The notes under the pieces were generated by a model. The model was not told where the DNA came from and ran no database searches. It saw only the letters and a list, made by a program, of their open reading frames with translations. The position numbers and the translations under genes were made by a program. Below, in pieces: positions 25,208 to 36,600 of a stretch of 57,968 nt of DNA (its first letter is position 1; every line of letters begins with the position of its first letter). Source of the DNA: Catajapyx aquilonaris (lineage: Eukaryota); the NCBI GenBank assembly GCA_000934665.2, contig JYFJ02002382.1:1-57968 (forward strand). Direction: 5' to 3'.

Positions 25208-25508
25208 TAGAGGCCGTAAAGGTCGTCCAGCTTTGATGAAATTGGCGGCCATGACACTTCACGGCAAGAACATACTTTGGAATTGTCGTATTTCTAACCC
25301 TGTTCTCCTCTGTGTACACTCCTGCCTCCTGGCGGGGCTGGGAATAAAAGGCAGTCTGGTGAAAGTCACCATTTATTCCCAGCCCCGCCAGGAGGCAGGA
25401 GTGTACACAGAGGAGAACAGGGTTAGAAATACAACAAATTCAAATTCGCGCGTGTTCTTGCCGTGAAGTGGCATGGCCGCCAAAGATGGCCGACCTTTAC
25501 GGCCTCTA
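25208..25508. mobile_element. Palindromic fold-back element upstream of GPCR copy 6, related to the IR-intron element
   Basis: Outer tagaggccgtaaaggtcg / cgacctttacggcctcta; perfect ~61-bp stem 25288-25348 / 25372-25432. Shares ggcggccatg.ca.ct.cacggcaagaaca and cctatttata.ctcgttg with 4929-5237. Confidence 0.82.
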
Positions 25509-25767
25509 TCCTATTTATATCTCGTTGATTCAGACCCATTGGCGGACCCCTCGCGTTTTTGTGTTAATCTCAAGATTATAAGAGTAGTAACATTCAAACC
25601 TCGCTATTTAATGTATTCTGCAACAGGCCACTTTCTGTGTTTGACCTGAATGGAAACGTGATGACACTCAGTAAAGAGTCACTTTCGGATGTGATTGCGT
25701 GCATTTTGCCATTTAGCAGTGGTGACTATCAGTGCATAACTTGAGTGAGTCGCTGCCAGTTGACAAT

Positions 25768-27274
25768 ATGGAGACGGAATGGTATTGTAGCGATAATTTT
25801 GGCAATTTGATGTGGGATTATACCAGGTACATTCACGGATACATCTCTCTCGTTGTGTGTGTGTTTGGATCCATCACAAGCCCGATGGGCATTGTGGTTT
25901 TGCTCCAAAAGAAGATGGTGTCGTCGACCAACGTCATTCTGGTTGGACTCGCGGTGGCTGACACGTTAGTTATGCTGGCTTACGTGCCGAACTCTATTTT
26001 GTTCATATTAATGAGTTACGACGATCCTCACTACTTGGAAACATATTATCAATATTCATGGAACATCTTCCAACTTTTTCACACTCACTTTCACAAGGTA
26101 AGCCATACTCTACTCTATACCTCTACCTGCAGTTCAATTTAACGAGTGAATGACGAATATCTCCGTTTCACATTCAGCTGAAGTGCAATAGGACTTGTCT
26201 GAATATATTTCTTCCCAGGTTTGCCACGCCATATCCGTTTGGACCACGGTGATCCTGGCAATTTGGCGATATGTGATGATCTGCTGGCCACTGAAGAGCA
26301 GGCTGTGGGGCGGGACCAGGAGGGCCTGGTGGGCCGTCGTCGCCACATACGTCTCCGTTCCCATCATCTTCATCCCGAGTTACATGATGTACGAATTCGA
26401 TTCCGAGCCTGTTGACATGTACTACTACGAAGGTCAGCTCTCTGCCTCCATGCCACCAGTACCATCACTGGCGCCTTCTGCCCTCGGTCTGCCCCCGCCT
26501 GACACTGTCGGTCCACATGTTGTGCCCAGTGTTACCCCATCCCCTCCCTATACCATCGTCGAAGCCACCAAGTACTTGTACTACACCAGCTCCTTAGCTT
26601 TTGACGAGAATAAAGGTGAGAACACGCTGCTTTTCAAACTCAACCAGTGGATGATGGGTGTGCTGTTCAGGTTGCTGCCTTGCGCTCTTTTAACTGTGGT
26701 CAGCTTGAGAATGGCATATGCTCTGGTCGAGGCCAGGAAGAGAAGGAGGACATTGGTGTCAGCTGGGACTGCCCTGTCCGATACAGACAGGAAGATGCAT
26801 CGGACCACGATGATGATCCTGCTGGTCCTGTTCTTCTTCCTCATCACCGAAATTCCTCCAGGCGTTGTGCTCATCCTCACAGGGACATTGCACACATTTC
26901 TCGATGAATGCACCCTACCCTTGGAAAAAGTCATCGATCTTCTGGTCCTGAGCAACTCTGCCATAAACGTCGTCTTGTATACGGCCATGAGCCAGGAATT
27001 TAGGCAAATTTTCAAGGCCCTCTTCGTGCCCAAAATCAAGATCCCTTGGCCTCTTTGTTGCCGATGGTCACGAACTTTCGTCCATCGGGCGCAACCTGGT
27101 AGCAACGGCACCGCATCCTGCGACACAAGTACAGTCGACTTGAGAGTACTGAAGTCATGCGGAAGTCATGATAATGCTCTGGTAGAAGAAATTAGTCAGG
27201 TTCTGGACAAGGTTTTGCCCTCTCACTCGGATCCTTTCGAGAGAGAAATACCATCTTCGATGTGCAGGAATTGA
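25768..27274 (+). CDS. Myosuppressin-receptor-like GPCR, array copy 6 (C-terminal frameshift)
   Basis: Exons 25768-26097 and 26219-27274; all 7 TMs present; a 19-nt deletion near 27250 gives an early stop (SSMCRN*). Confidence 0.83.
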
Positions 27275-27690
27275 GACAGTTTGTGGCCCTCGAGCTGCAC
27301 CGTGGGTAGGAAGCGAACAATATCTGCACGTGTGACTTAATTTCAGTGAAAAATTTATATCATTTTAGGGGAGTGCTGAAAGACCAGCTCGGAATGAAGA
27401 ATGGATCAGAAAGTAGCTTCGTGACCGCCGAAGACAATGACATTGATGGCTACAGCATAACAAGCACTGAGGTTTTTAGTGAGGAATAAATTATTTTTTG
27501 CATGGTGGTCAAGGGAAAGAATTTGGCCACTTTTGGCTTGATCGCTGATTTCTACATGCTGGAGCTCATCAGGTACTTCAACAACAGCTTTGGTGAGGGC
27601 GATTTAATAAAACGAATCTGAAGTTGATTTTCGTGTCGATTTTATTGATTGACTGACTGGAGGTATCTTGCTGAGTGGTTAGGCAATGTT

Positions 27691-30600
27691 TCAGGAGCAG
27701 ACTGCTAGATCCGACGCCCGACGTCGTACCGGGGGCATGGGCATGCATCGTTGTGCCAGGTCGCTGAACCGGTGTCCCAGTGCGCACAGGAAGCGGAAGT
27801 CCAGCAGCTGCCTGGGCTCGAACCCTGGAGAGCAGAAGTGGAACAGTCGGCAGCCCAGGGATGTGTCGGCGTAGAACCGGAACATGTGTCGCCCCCTGCA
27901 GGTGAACCGCCTCTTCTTGGGCACCGGAGAGGTCGACGGGGTCATCGGGGTCGACGGAGGCAGGCGGGTTATCAGGAAGCCTCCGATGGGAGACTGGGCG
28001 ATGCTGCTGGCGGTGGTGGTCGAAATCTCGGGGGTTGTCGACTCGTACGGTTCAGTGGTTGTCGCACTGGTCGTGGTTGTGGTCGCAACTGTTGTGGTCG
28101 CTTCCTTTTCAGTGGTCACATCGGTGGTAATCACATTCGTGGTCCAAGCAGGCTCCCAAGCATTGTTGACGATGGTGGTCGCCTCCTCCAGTTCTTCTTG
28201 GTAAGTGGTGGCCTCCACTGTGCTGCTCGAAACCGGCTCGTCATACCGTTCTTCGGAGGTACCAAGGGCTTTAGACTTACGCCGAGACACACCGAATGGG
28301 TCAGAGTAGTCATCATCGTCGTACTCGTACGAATCATAGTACTCGGAAGAGTCTGAGTAGACGCTGCTGCTTCCGGAGCGGTCGTCTGCACTGTTGCTGT
28401 TGATGGACTCTTCGGCACCAACCTCGCCTGGAAATGTTTTACGTCAACAAAATGTACGTGAGAAATCGTGTTATCCGATACCTTCGTAAGAGGAGGAGTC
28501 CTCCTGGCTGTTAGATTCCAGATTCTGTTGCAAGTCGTCATGAGAGGAGGCTTGGATGGCCTTGTCCACTCTATTGCTGTTGTCACCTTTGCCCTGCTGC
28601 TTGTTGTTGTCCTGGGCCCTTCCTGTGGCAGCGGCCAACAATATCTGCTGCTGGGGGGTCAGACCCTGCGGTTGTGACCTCAATGTTCGCTCCAGGTTGC
28701 CTGCCAGGGTTTGAGCGTGGGACAACCGGCTCAGGACCGCGCTGACGAATGCGGGGTCAAGGCTGGCCAGGTCAAAGTGCAATGCGGCGAGGTCCTCCTG
28801 TCTGAGGCCGAAGAATCGGAGCAGCGCGGCAGTGGCCTCACCGCCTCTGTTGCCGGTCAACGCCGACGGGGAGGTCACCTGTCGTCTGTACCTGCGACCA
28901 GTGACCACATCGTCTTCCTGAACGACGTCGGTCAGCCACGCCGTACCTCGACGCCGACGCCACCATCTAGACAGCTTGTTCAGTCCCTCCACAGCTCGTC
29001 GTCGCCTTCCAAACCGTCTGTTTAACCTCAGTGGCTCGAATCCTCCTGGAAATTCGCCGCCTGGAAGAACAACAGAGTTAGCAACTAATGACTTGTTGAC
29101 CTATATGTCACGACTGACCCGCAGCGATGACGTCTGGGTCAGCTCTTTCGTTGAGATGGTAGAGACTAGGCGCATCTTGGCATCGGACAGCGGTCTGCTC
29201 TCGACAGGTCCTGCTGCGTTGGTCCAGCAGTGTTCCTACACCGCACCAGAAGCTCTGTTTCCTCAACCTGTTATGTGACACCACAATGAAACACATGGTT
29301 TGAGTTTGCAATTTGTTGGACAGACCTGCCCTTCTTCCCTTGGGCGCAGATGTGGAAGGCCCTGCAACCCAGCTCGACATCTGCGTAGAGACCTCCGCTG
29401 ACCCTACCAGCGCAGGTGAAGGTGGTTGCTGGAGGAGACCCGGAGTTGGACACGGTCGCCCTGGGCGTCGTCGGGACTGAAGACGTCGTTCTTCTTCTGC
29501 TGACTCCGGGTGTCCTCGTCCTCACTAACCTGGGTGCTGCTGTGCTCGTGGAGGTGCTGGTAGTGGTAGTGCTGCTGGCTCTGACTCCTTTTCGTACAAA
29601 CACCACCCTTTGACCCGGTGATACGTACCTACAATTAGTAGATATGAAGGTGAACCGAAGTTGTTTCCAACACTACTCTTGATGGGGTAACAATATGGCC
29701 GACTTTTGGACATTGCCAACGAGAGAGGCAACGTTGTTGTCGGAACAACAGCCTTGCGCGAGTGTGGGTGCGCACTCTGTTGCGCTCGTAAAAAAAATTC
29801 AGCTATAATTACTTGAACATTGGCACCTTGCTGGGCAAGTGAGATAAAAATCAGCCAATAGAAACTAGCATGATTGCGACCTCGAAACTCTGAAGGATGT
29901 AAAAGTGAAACTCTCGAATCTCTCTCGGAATACCGATAGTTGCAAAAATCCGGATCAAATTGCAGTCATTTTGCAATTTTTATACAGGAATTTGACATGG
30001 CAAGTGCAAATCATGCGATTTTTTTTAAACAATATATTGCAGTCTGCATTACATGATCATGAACTTTCTATCCTTGGATCCGGTGGAAGGAAAGTTTTTC
30101 GATCGGTACCGACTGCGTGGCATCGTGGCCTAAGTTGCCTTGGCTTTACCAGATTATTATATACAGGTCTGGAAACTCCCCATCTTATATCGCGTGGTTT
30201 TATCATCTTTAGGGAAGGGAGTTGCCGCTTCGGCGCTGGTGTAGTACTCAAGTGTGCTGTAGGCAGCGCCGAAGCGGCAATCCCCAGGAAGTATGCTCAC
30301 AGGGGTCTCCATATGGCTGGGGTAGGAGTGTCAGATCCATTAGTATATACCTAGTGGTTTGTTGGTCATCGGCCTGCCGCCTGACCCTGGGGAGGTAAGG
30401 TCCTTTGGTGAGGATCCGAGGTACGTCGCTGTGCTGGAAGTGGGCCTGGTGCTCTGCCTTTGCGTCGGCGTCGGCTGCTTCCCCTTGGTACTCATACTCG
30501 TAGTCGTAGTAATCGTAGTTGTACTGCGCAGGAGTCGTCGTAGAAACGTTTTCGACCTTGGGAGGAGGCAGCTGAGTGGTGCTGCTGCCCGCACCGCCAC

Positions 30601-33600
30601 CCAATTGGAGACTAGTATTGTACCGCTGTTGCCGCAGCACCAGCTCGTAAGGGTGCGGTCTGTACAGGAGGGGAGGTGCTGTACGGGGTGGAAGGGAGGG
30701 GGAAGTGGGTGGGAAGAAGATGCGGGGGGGTGTTGGGGTCGGGTGATGCGTCGGGTGATACGTCGGGTGATGGGGCGTCGGGTGCGGCGACGGGCGTGGG
30801 GCAGGCCTGGCAGTCGACGATGGCGGCGGCAGAGGGGTGGTGGAGGTGCTGCTGGTGCTGCTGACGCCATACTGGTGCTGCTGGACCTCCTCTTCATTGT
30901 CTGCAATGCTGAAATGGAAATAAGCAACATGTAGCAATGATATATCCTACTAGAAGTGAACAAAAACTTGGCAACACTGCGACTCTGTCCGCGGTTAGTC
31001 ATCAGTAGTTGAAGCGAAGGAGGATGCGCTATCTCTGTGAGAGATGTGGTACTAACGGCACTGTCGGTTGGCAGGGCAATGTTGCCAAGCCGCTTAGAGA
31101 TAACATCATAATGTTGTGCTCTGCAAAGACCAGTCCGCTCCATTTCGTGCCCGTTCGAGTACAGTACCGGTACTGGTATATCAAATCAGTGCATCGTGTC
31201 CGAACCAGTTTGGGCTGCTCCAGTTATTTTTGTATAGCCATTCACAGTGTGTTTACCTATAGTCTTCTGCGACACCCTGTATATCCAACAAACGCGTTGA
31301 TGCACGGATTGCATGAGACATGCATGCGATCCCATACGTTATGTTTAATACGTAGCGCCCTGTAATTTCTAAAATGCTATGGAGAAAGTGTTTTTTTTTT
31401 ATTCGCCAATAGACGGGGCACGTATTCCCACGTGAAAGCCCACAGCATGTTTATCCCATTTTCAGATTTTTTGGACATTGTCACTTTCTCCGCGACTGAC
31501 CCTCATCCCAAACCAGCAATAGCCAAATTGTGCAATTGTTGCACATCTTGGTAATTACGACCTTAATGCCTCCAAATGACACCCCGTCTCACCCGTTAAA
31601 TGAAATGAAAAAAAAAGCAGTTGCGAGGGAGGTAGCCAAACAACTTCTTTTTTTTTTCGCCAACAAGTTAATGACTGAATAGATAGATGGACTCCACTAT
31701 TCAGCATTGTTTTGGACTTGCGTCAGACCAAAAAGGAAGCAGTGTTGATGGGAATAAGCAGTAAAAATCACGCACACTAACAATGCAGTGGGTTGGAAAC
31801 AATGGGTGCCAACAAGCAGGGCAGGTCTGGACCAAGATATGATCTGTTCACACTGCCGATTTCGTAGTTGCCCGTTCAATTATGATCGAAAAATATTCAT
31901 TCCAGTGTGGTCCTGATTCTTCTGCGCAAGTACCTGGGATGTGCAGGAGCATTTGGAGGTCCGAAGAGTTCAAGGTTGAGGTCGTAGTACTGCTCGGCCA
32001 GATGACAGTCCACTTCGTCCACTCTCTCGCACACTCGGGTCTGCTGGTCGAACACTGTACCGTTCAGACACAGGAACTTGATGTCTTGCACTTCTCCTGC
32101 GTGTAAGACGATAACAAGTTAATACAAATCGTGACGACACCAGTCAGGATGCATACATTATGTAAACCTCCCATACTATGTCGAAACACTGACGAGTGAG
32201 GGATTACACGCGGGCCACACACACAAAAAAAATATGCCGATCAACTAGTGAAAGTCTGTACAATACCTTGGGGTACAGCCACAAGCAAAAGTCAGGCCCG
32301 TAAGTATAGCCTAACGAAAAAAAATTGGCGACACCGTCAACATAATTTCCGATTTATAAAAATATCAATCCGCGTCTGGCAGCGAAAGGATTTTCACATT
32401 TTCTATTTAAAAAATCATAAGATCAGCTCAGGATGAGTGTAATCAATTTTTTTTTACACATAGGGTTTTTCAGGTGTTTGGTTCGCTTTTGCACGGTCAA
32501 GTGTGCAAAAGCGATGAAAACAACCAAAAGTTAGTATGGCCTAGTAAATAAATCGAATAAATAGAGTAGGGTGAGCCACTTGGTTAGGTGCGCCATGTTA
32601 TGCCAGATCAACATGCCAATCCTGAAACTGATGAATTTATTCCCATCAGTATGTATGACAGAATTTGTGCAATTTTTTTTTTCAATTTCTGAACCGGTTG
32701 CTGCCGTGTAGGTTGAAGATTAGCCCTATTATTTTTCTGAACAAAATTTCGCAATGAATAAATAGACTAAATCCAGGTTCCGTTATAAGGAGATTTCACT
32801 AACATATTCCAATTAACTTGTGGTTTCGCGCGATGATCTTGTCACTCTTAAACTAGCAACACATATGGGTGTATTGTTGTTTTTTTTAACTAGTGCGGCT
32901 GAGAAACACGTACAGAATCTCGTTTACACTACAGTCAAATATCTATACGTTTATATTTTGTAACGTTTTACTTAGGCGAAATGGTAAGTCACTATCTTGT
33001 ACTCGAATTTCTTCCAAATCCCAATGACATCACTTGCGGTGACCACTGTTTCTCAACAATGACAACAATAGTCGTTCCCCTAGGATCTTAAAAAAAACAC
33101 ACATTTAAACACCCTGAGATTATAATCGATTCACTTAAAATATGATATCATAATAATAAGCACATCGGAATCAGTTTGATTACGTGACGTCATCCAATAT
33201 ATTTTAAAACATACGTTTAAAATTCGGCTGAATTCCGATTTTGCAAATCCACAACCACTTTTGCTCGTGACTGTACAACACTTGGCTTTGGGCAGAACAC
33301 AGCTGTAAGTATGCAACTTATGAGCTTGTAACATGCTCAATTCAATATATAATGGGAATTACGCCACACAGCTGCTATATCTATAACGCATAAAATCCAT
33401 TACAATAAGCCGGTATACCAACAAATTGACTCTCTCTTCTTAAATATCCTTTCCTCTCCCTCCACCTCCCCATCCCCTCGGGGCCAAAAGCCTGGCACAC
33501 TTTTTCTCCGGGTTACGCCACAAGAACCGCCTCCTTCTTAAGTTGGGAAGACACGCTTCCTACTCTTCTTCGTTCGTGTCAACTGCTCCACCTGTCACAC

Positions 33601-36600
33601 CGCCAAAAACACAGACACGAAAATCCTCCACTTCTCAGCTGGACTCGTTGGACACACACAAAAAAAACCCCCTAGAATATCTGTAACATGTAATTATGCT
33701 AATTCCGCGTGCCATTTTCTTTTTCTTGCTCGATGAATCGTGGTCAATTGGACAGAACCTGATAAACAGAAACAATGAGAAAAATTGGTGTTGAAATACT
33801 GTGCACAGTATGTTGTTCAAGGTGCTTGTGTGTGTGTAGGTCAGTCGGTCGATATGGAATTGTTGCTCCGGATTGAGAAACCAATCTGGGGCCCACGCCC
33901 TTTTTCGGTAATTTTCCACCAACTGTCAAGGACGACAGGAATGTCCAGCCGGATTTGTTTACCGCTAACCCCACCTTTTAATATACTCTACCAACACTTA
34001 TGGACACTCCCAATCTTCGACACCGATCGGACGCTCTCAATCTTATATCAAAAAAAGAGTGGCCTCAATCCCACGTTTGTGTAGGCCTATTATAAACACC
34101 GACAGGATTCATCCAGATGATCGGTCCAGATGATAGGTCCAGATGAGGAAGAGGAAGTTTCATGTGGAGGCGGTACCGGTACCGGGTTCGAAGGAGAACA
34201 TGCTGGTCAGTCTATAACAAGACTTGCAGATCACCTTGAGTAACCTTTGTGACCAACTGGAGGAGGAAGCAGAAGGCGTCTATCGGGTTCACACTGGCTG
34301 TCGCTGTGTCGTTGCTGTTGTGTCATTGTGATCTACCAATCAGGCTTGGTCTCTTAAAGACACAACAACAATGCCCGTGTAATCCCAACAGTCCGTTTCT
34401 CCTAATGATGTCAGTTGTTGGACTGAACAATTCGCGTACTTACGTACTGTACACTCATATACATACCTTTTTGACCCAGAGTGCATACGTGGAACATTTG
34501 ACAGCCGGTCTCCACGTCGGCGTAGTACCCTCCGATGACCTTCCCTTCGCACGAAAAGTTGGTGTCAGGCAACCTCTCAAAGTCCAGGAACTGTTTCCAA
34601 AAATATAACAAAGCAAAAAAAATAAATAGAGGTTTCACTCATAGCCCGTTTGAGCCTGCTGCAAGCCTGCCTCTTCCTCTCTCTCGGAAAAAAAATAAAG
34701 GTCAGGGGTCAACCACTCTCACTTCCACATTATAACCAGCCCCTCGGAGCTGTCACTTAATTTTTAACGGTCTCGACCAGGGTGAGAGCCAAAAGGTCGC
34801 ACCTTGACCTCCCCAGACCTGCCGGAGCAATGGACTTGGACGATGACAACAGCCGCTCAACAATGGATCAGTGACGTCATCGCACATGTCCCATTTTTAC
34901 GACATGCAGTACTTAGAAAGGCAGTCATTGTGAGGCAAAAAAAAAAAGAGACGGAAGAGGAAGAGGAAGCCCTTTGGGGGGGGGCAACAATGGTATGCAT
35001 CATCTTACCCCTGGTCTGAGGGCATGGGCTGCGTCGCGACTCTGCATCGCACCGCACAGCAGCACCAGAAGCAGCAGCAGCACCGCCGCAGACGCTGAGG
35101 ACAACAACAATGGTCACTATAGCCACAACAAAGTAGGAGGGTCGAGAGGGGTCAACCCACCGGCCACAGCGGCCAGCACTCCTGCCCTTAGGAAGAGGCG
35201 CCGGCGACTCCATCCCGCCTTATTCTGGCTGGGCAACAATGGTCCGTCGGAGGAGCCGGCGTCTTCCATTTCGCTCCACAGACACTATATCTCTAATGGT
35301 GCACTACCACGCACCGAACGTACACTACTAAACCACCCCCCTCAAGCCCCTCGCCACAATCTGGCCGAAGGGAAAGGTGCGCAAAGCCGCATTAAAAAAT
35401 CCCACCAACTGAGCACCACTGTTGTGCCATACCTGTCTCCGCACACACACACACATATGGCCCACCCCCCAACCACCCTCCAAAAAAAAACTGCTCTCTT
35501 GTTTTTCCCCTTCACACGGGAGCAGCAACCAGATCGCCTTGATGGCACGGTCAGGACAAGTCAACAAGTACTGGTCTAGGCCAGTCAATGCACCCACTTT
35601 TTTTTTCTCTCTCGGAGCACGTACACGTCGGAATTATTGCGGCCAAATAATTGGACGCCTCTTCATCAACTACAGGGTGTACTATATTCATTGAAAAAAA
35701 CAAACAATGTCAGCAACTTGATCAAAATTCAGGTCATACGAAAGTGTCTATTTATGTGCAACTGAAGGTACGCCCCAAGTGCGTGGGTGCACATGTTTTT
35801 ATATGAGATGCGTCATATTTGTTTATTGGCAATGAGTACTTGCCCACATGGTAACTTCAACAGTGGAAGCGAAAAGCAACTGTAGGTTTTAACTATAGAA
35901 AAACCATGCATTTTTTTCTAGGCTTGCGGCCTGCCATGGTGGACTTGGCCAGAGGGATGACACCCCCCAAAAAGCGCAAAAAAAACTACTTAGTTTTAAT
36001 TTAACCGTTGTCCGTGGTTAGTTAATATGCTTCTTTTAGGTCAGGTTTCACCAACCCGGTTAAAATTTAGAACCTTGGTTATAATAGGAATTGCCCTATA
36101 AACCATTGTTGACGACAACAGCAAAAGGATTTTCTGACAAGAAACTCGGATTTATAATATAACCTGACCGGTGAAACCGGTCATTAACCACTATAATTTA
36201 TAGAATCTGGAGTTTAAACGGCGCGTTAAAGTTGGGACAGCCTCTCTAAAAAATTGTGCCCTTAGAGTGTTTAGAGATAAGATTAAACACAAAGGCTATC
36301 CACTAATGGGCTAACAAACTAGCTCTGGTCAGACAAACCAGGTACTGTATACCCCGGATGTGTACCTGGTTGCCCCAACAGGTACCTGTTATTAACCTGG
36401 AGCCTTTTTATAACATATGTTGCGCCACTCCTTACACCTGGGAGGATTGGCGACAGATTTTTTTTTATTTTTAAAATCCGGGTTTAGCCTACTACACAAA
36501 GTGCACAGAGTCGTGTTTCATGGTGTGCTCGCGTGAAAGCCAACAATGCAGCCATAAACACCGCAAAACGACCTGCTGTCAGCACGACGCGGGATTTTTA

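Noticed and set aside
34857..35213. ORF with hydrophobic stretch FVVAIVTIVVVLSV as the CBM14 signal peptide
   Set aside because: Its frame gives phase 1 at the 35009 donor, incompatible with the phase 0 next exon; the alternative frame (AVLLLLLVLLCGA) fits.
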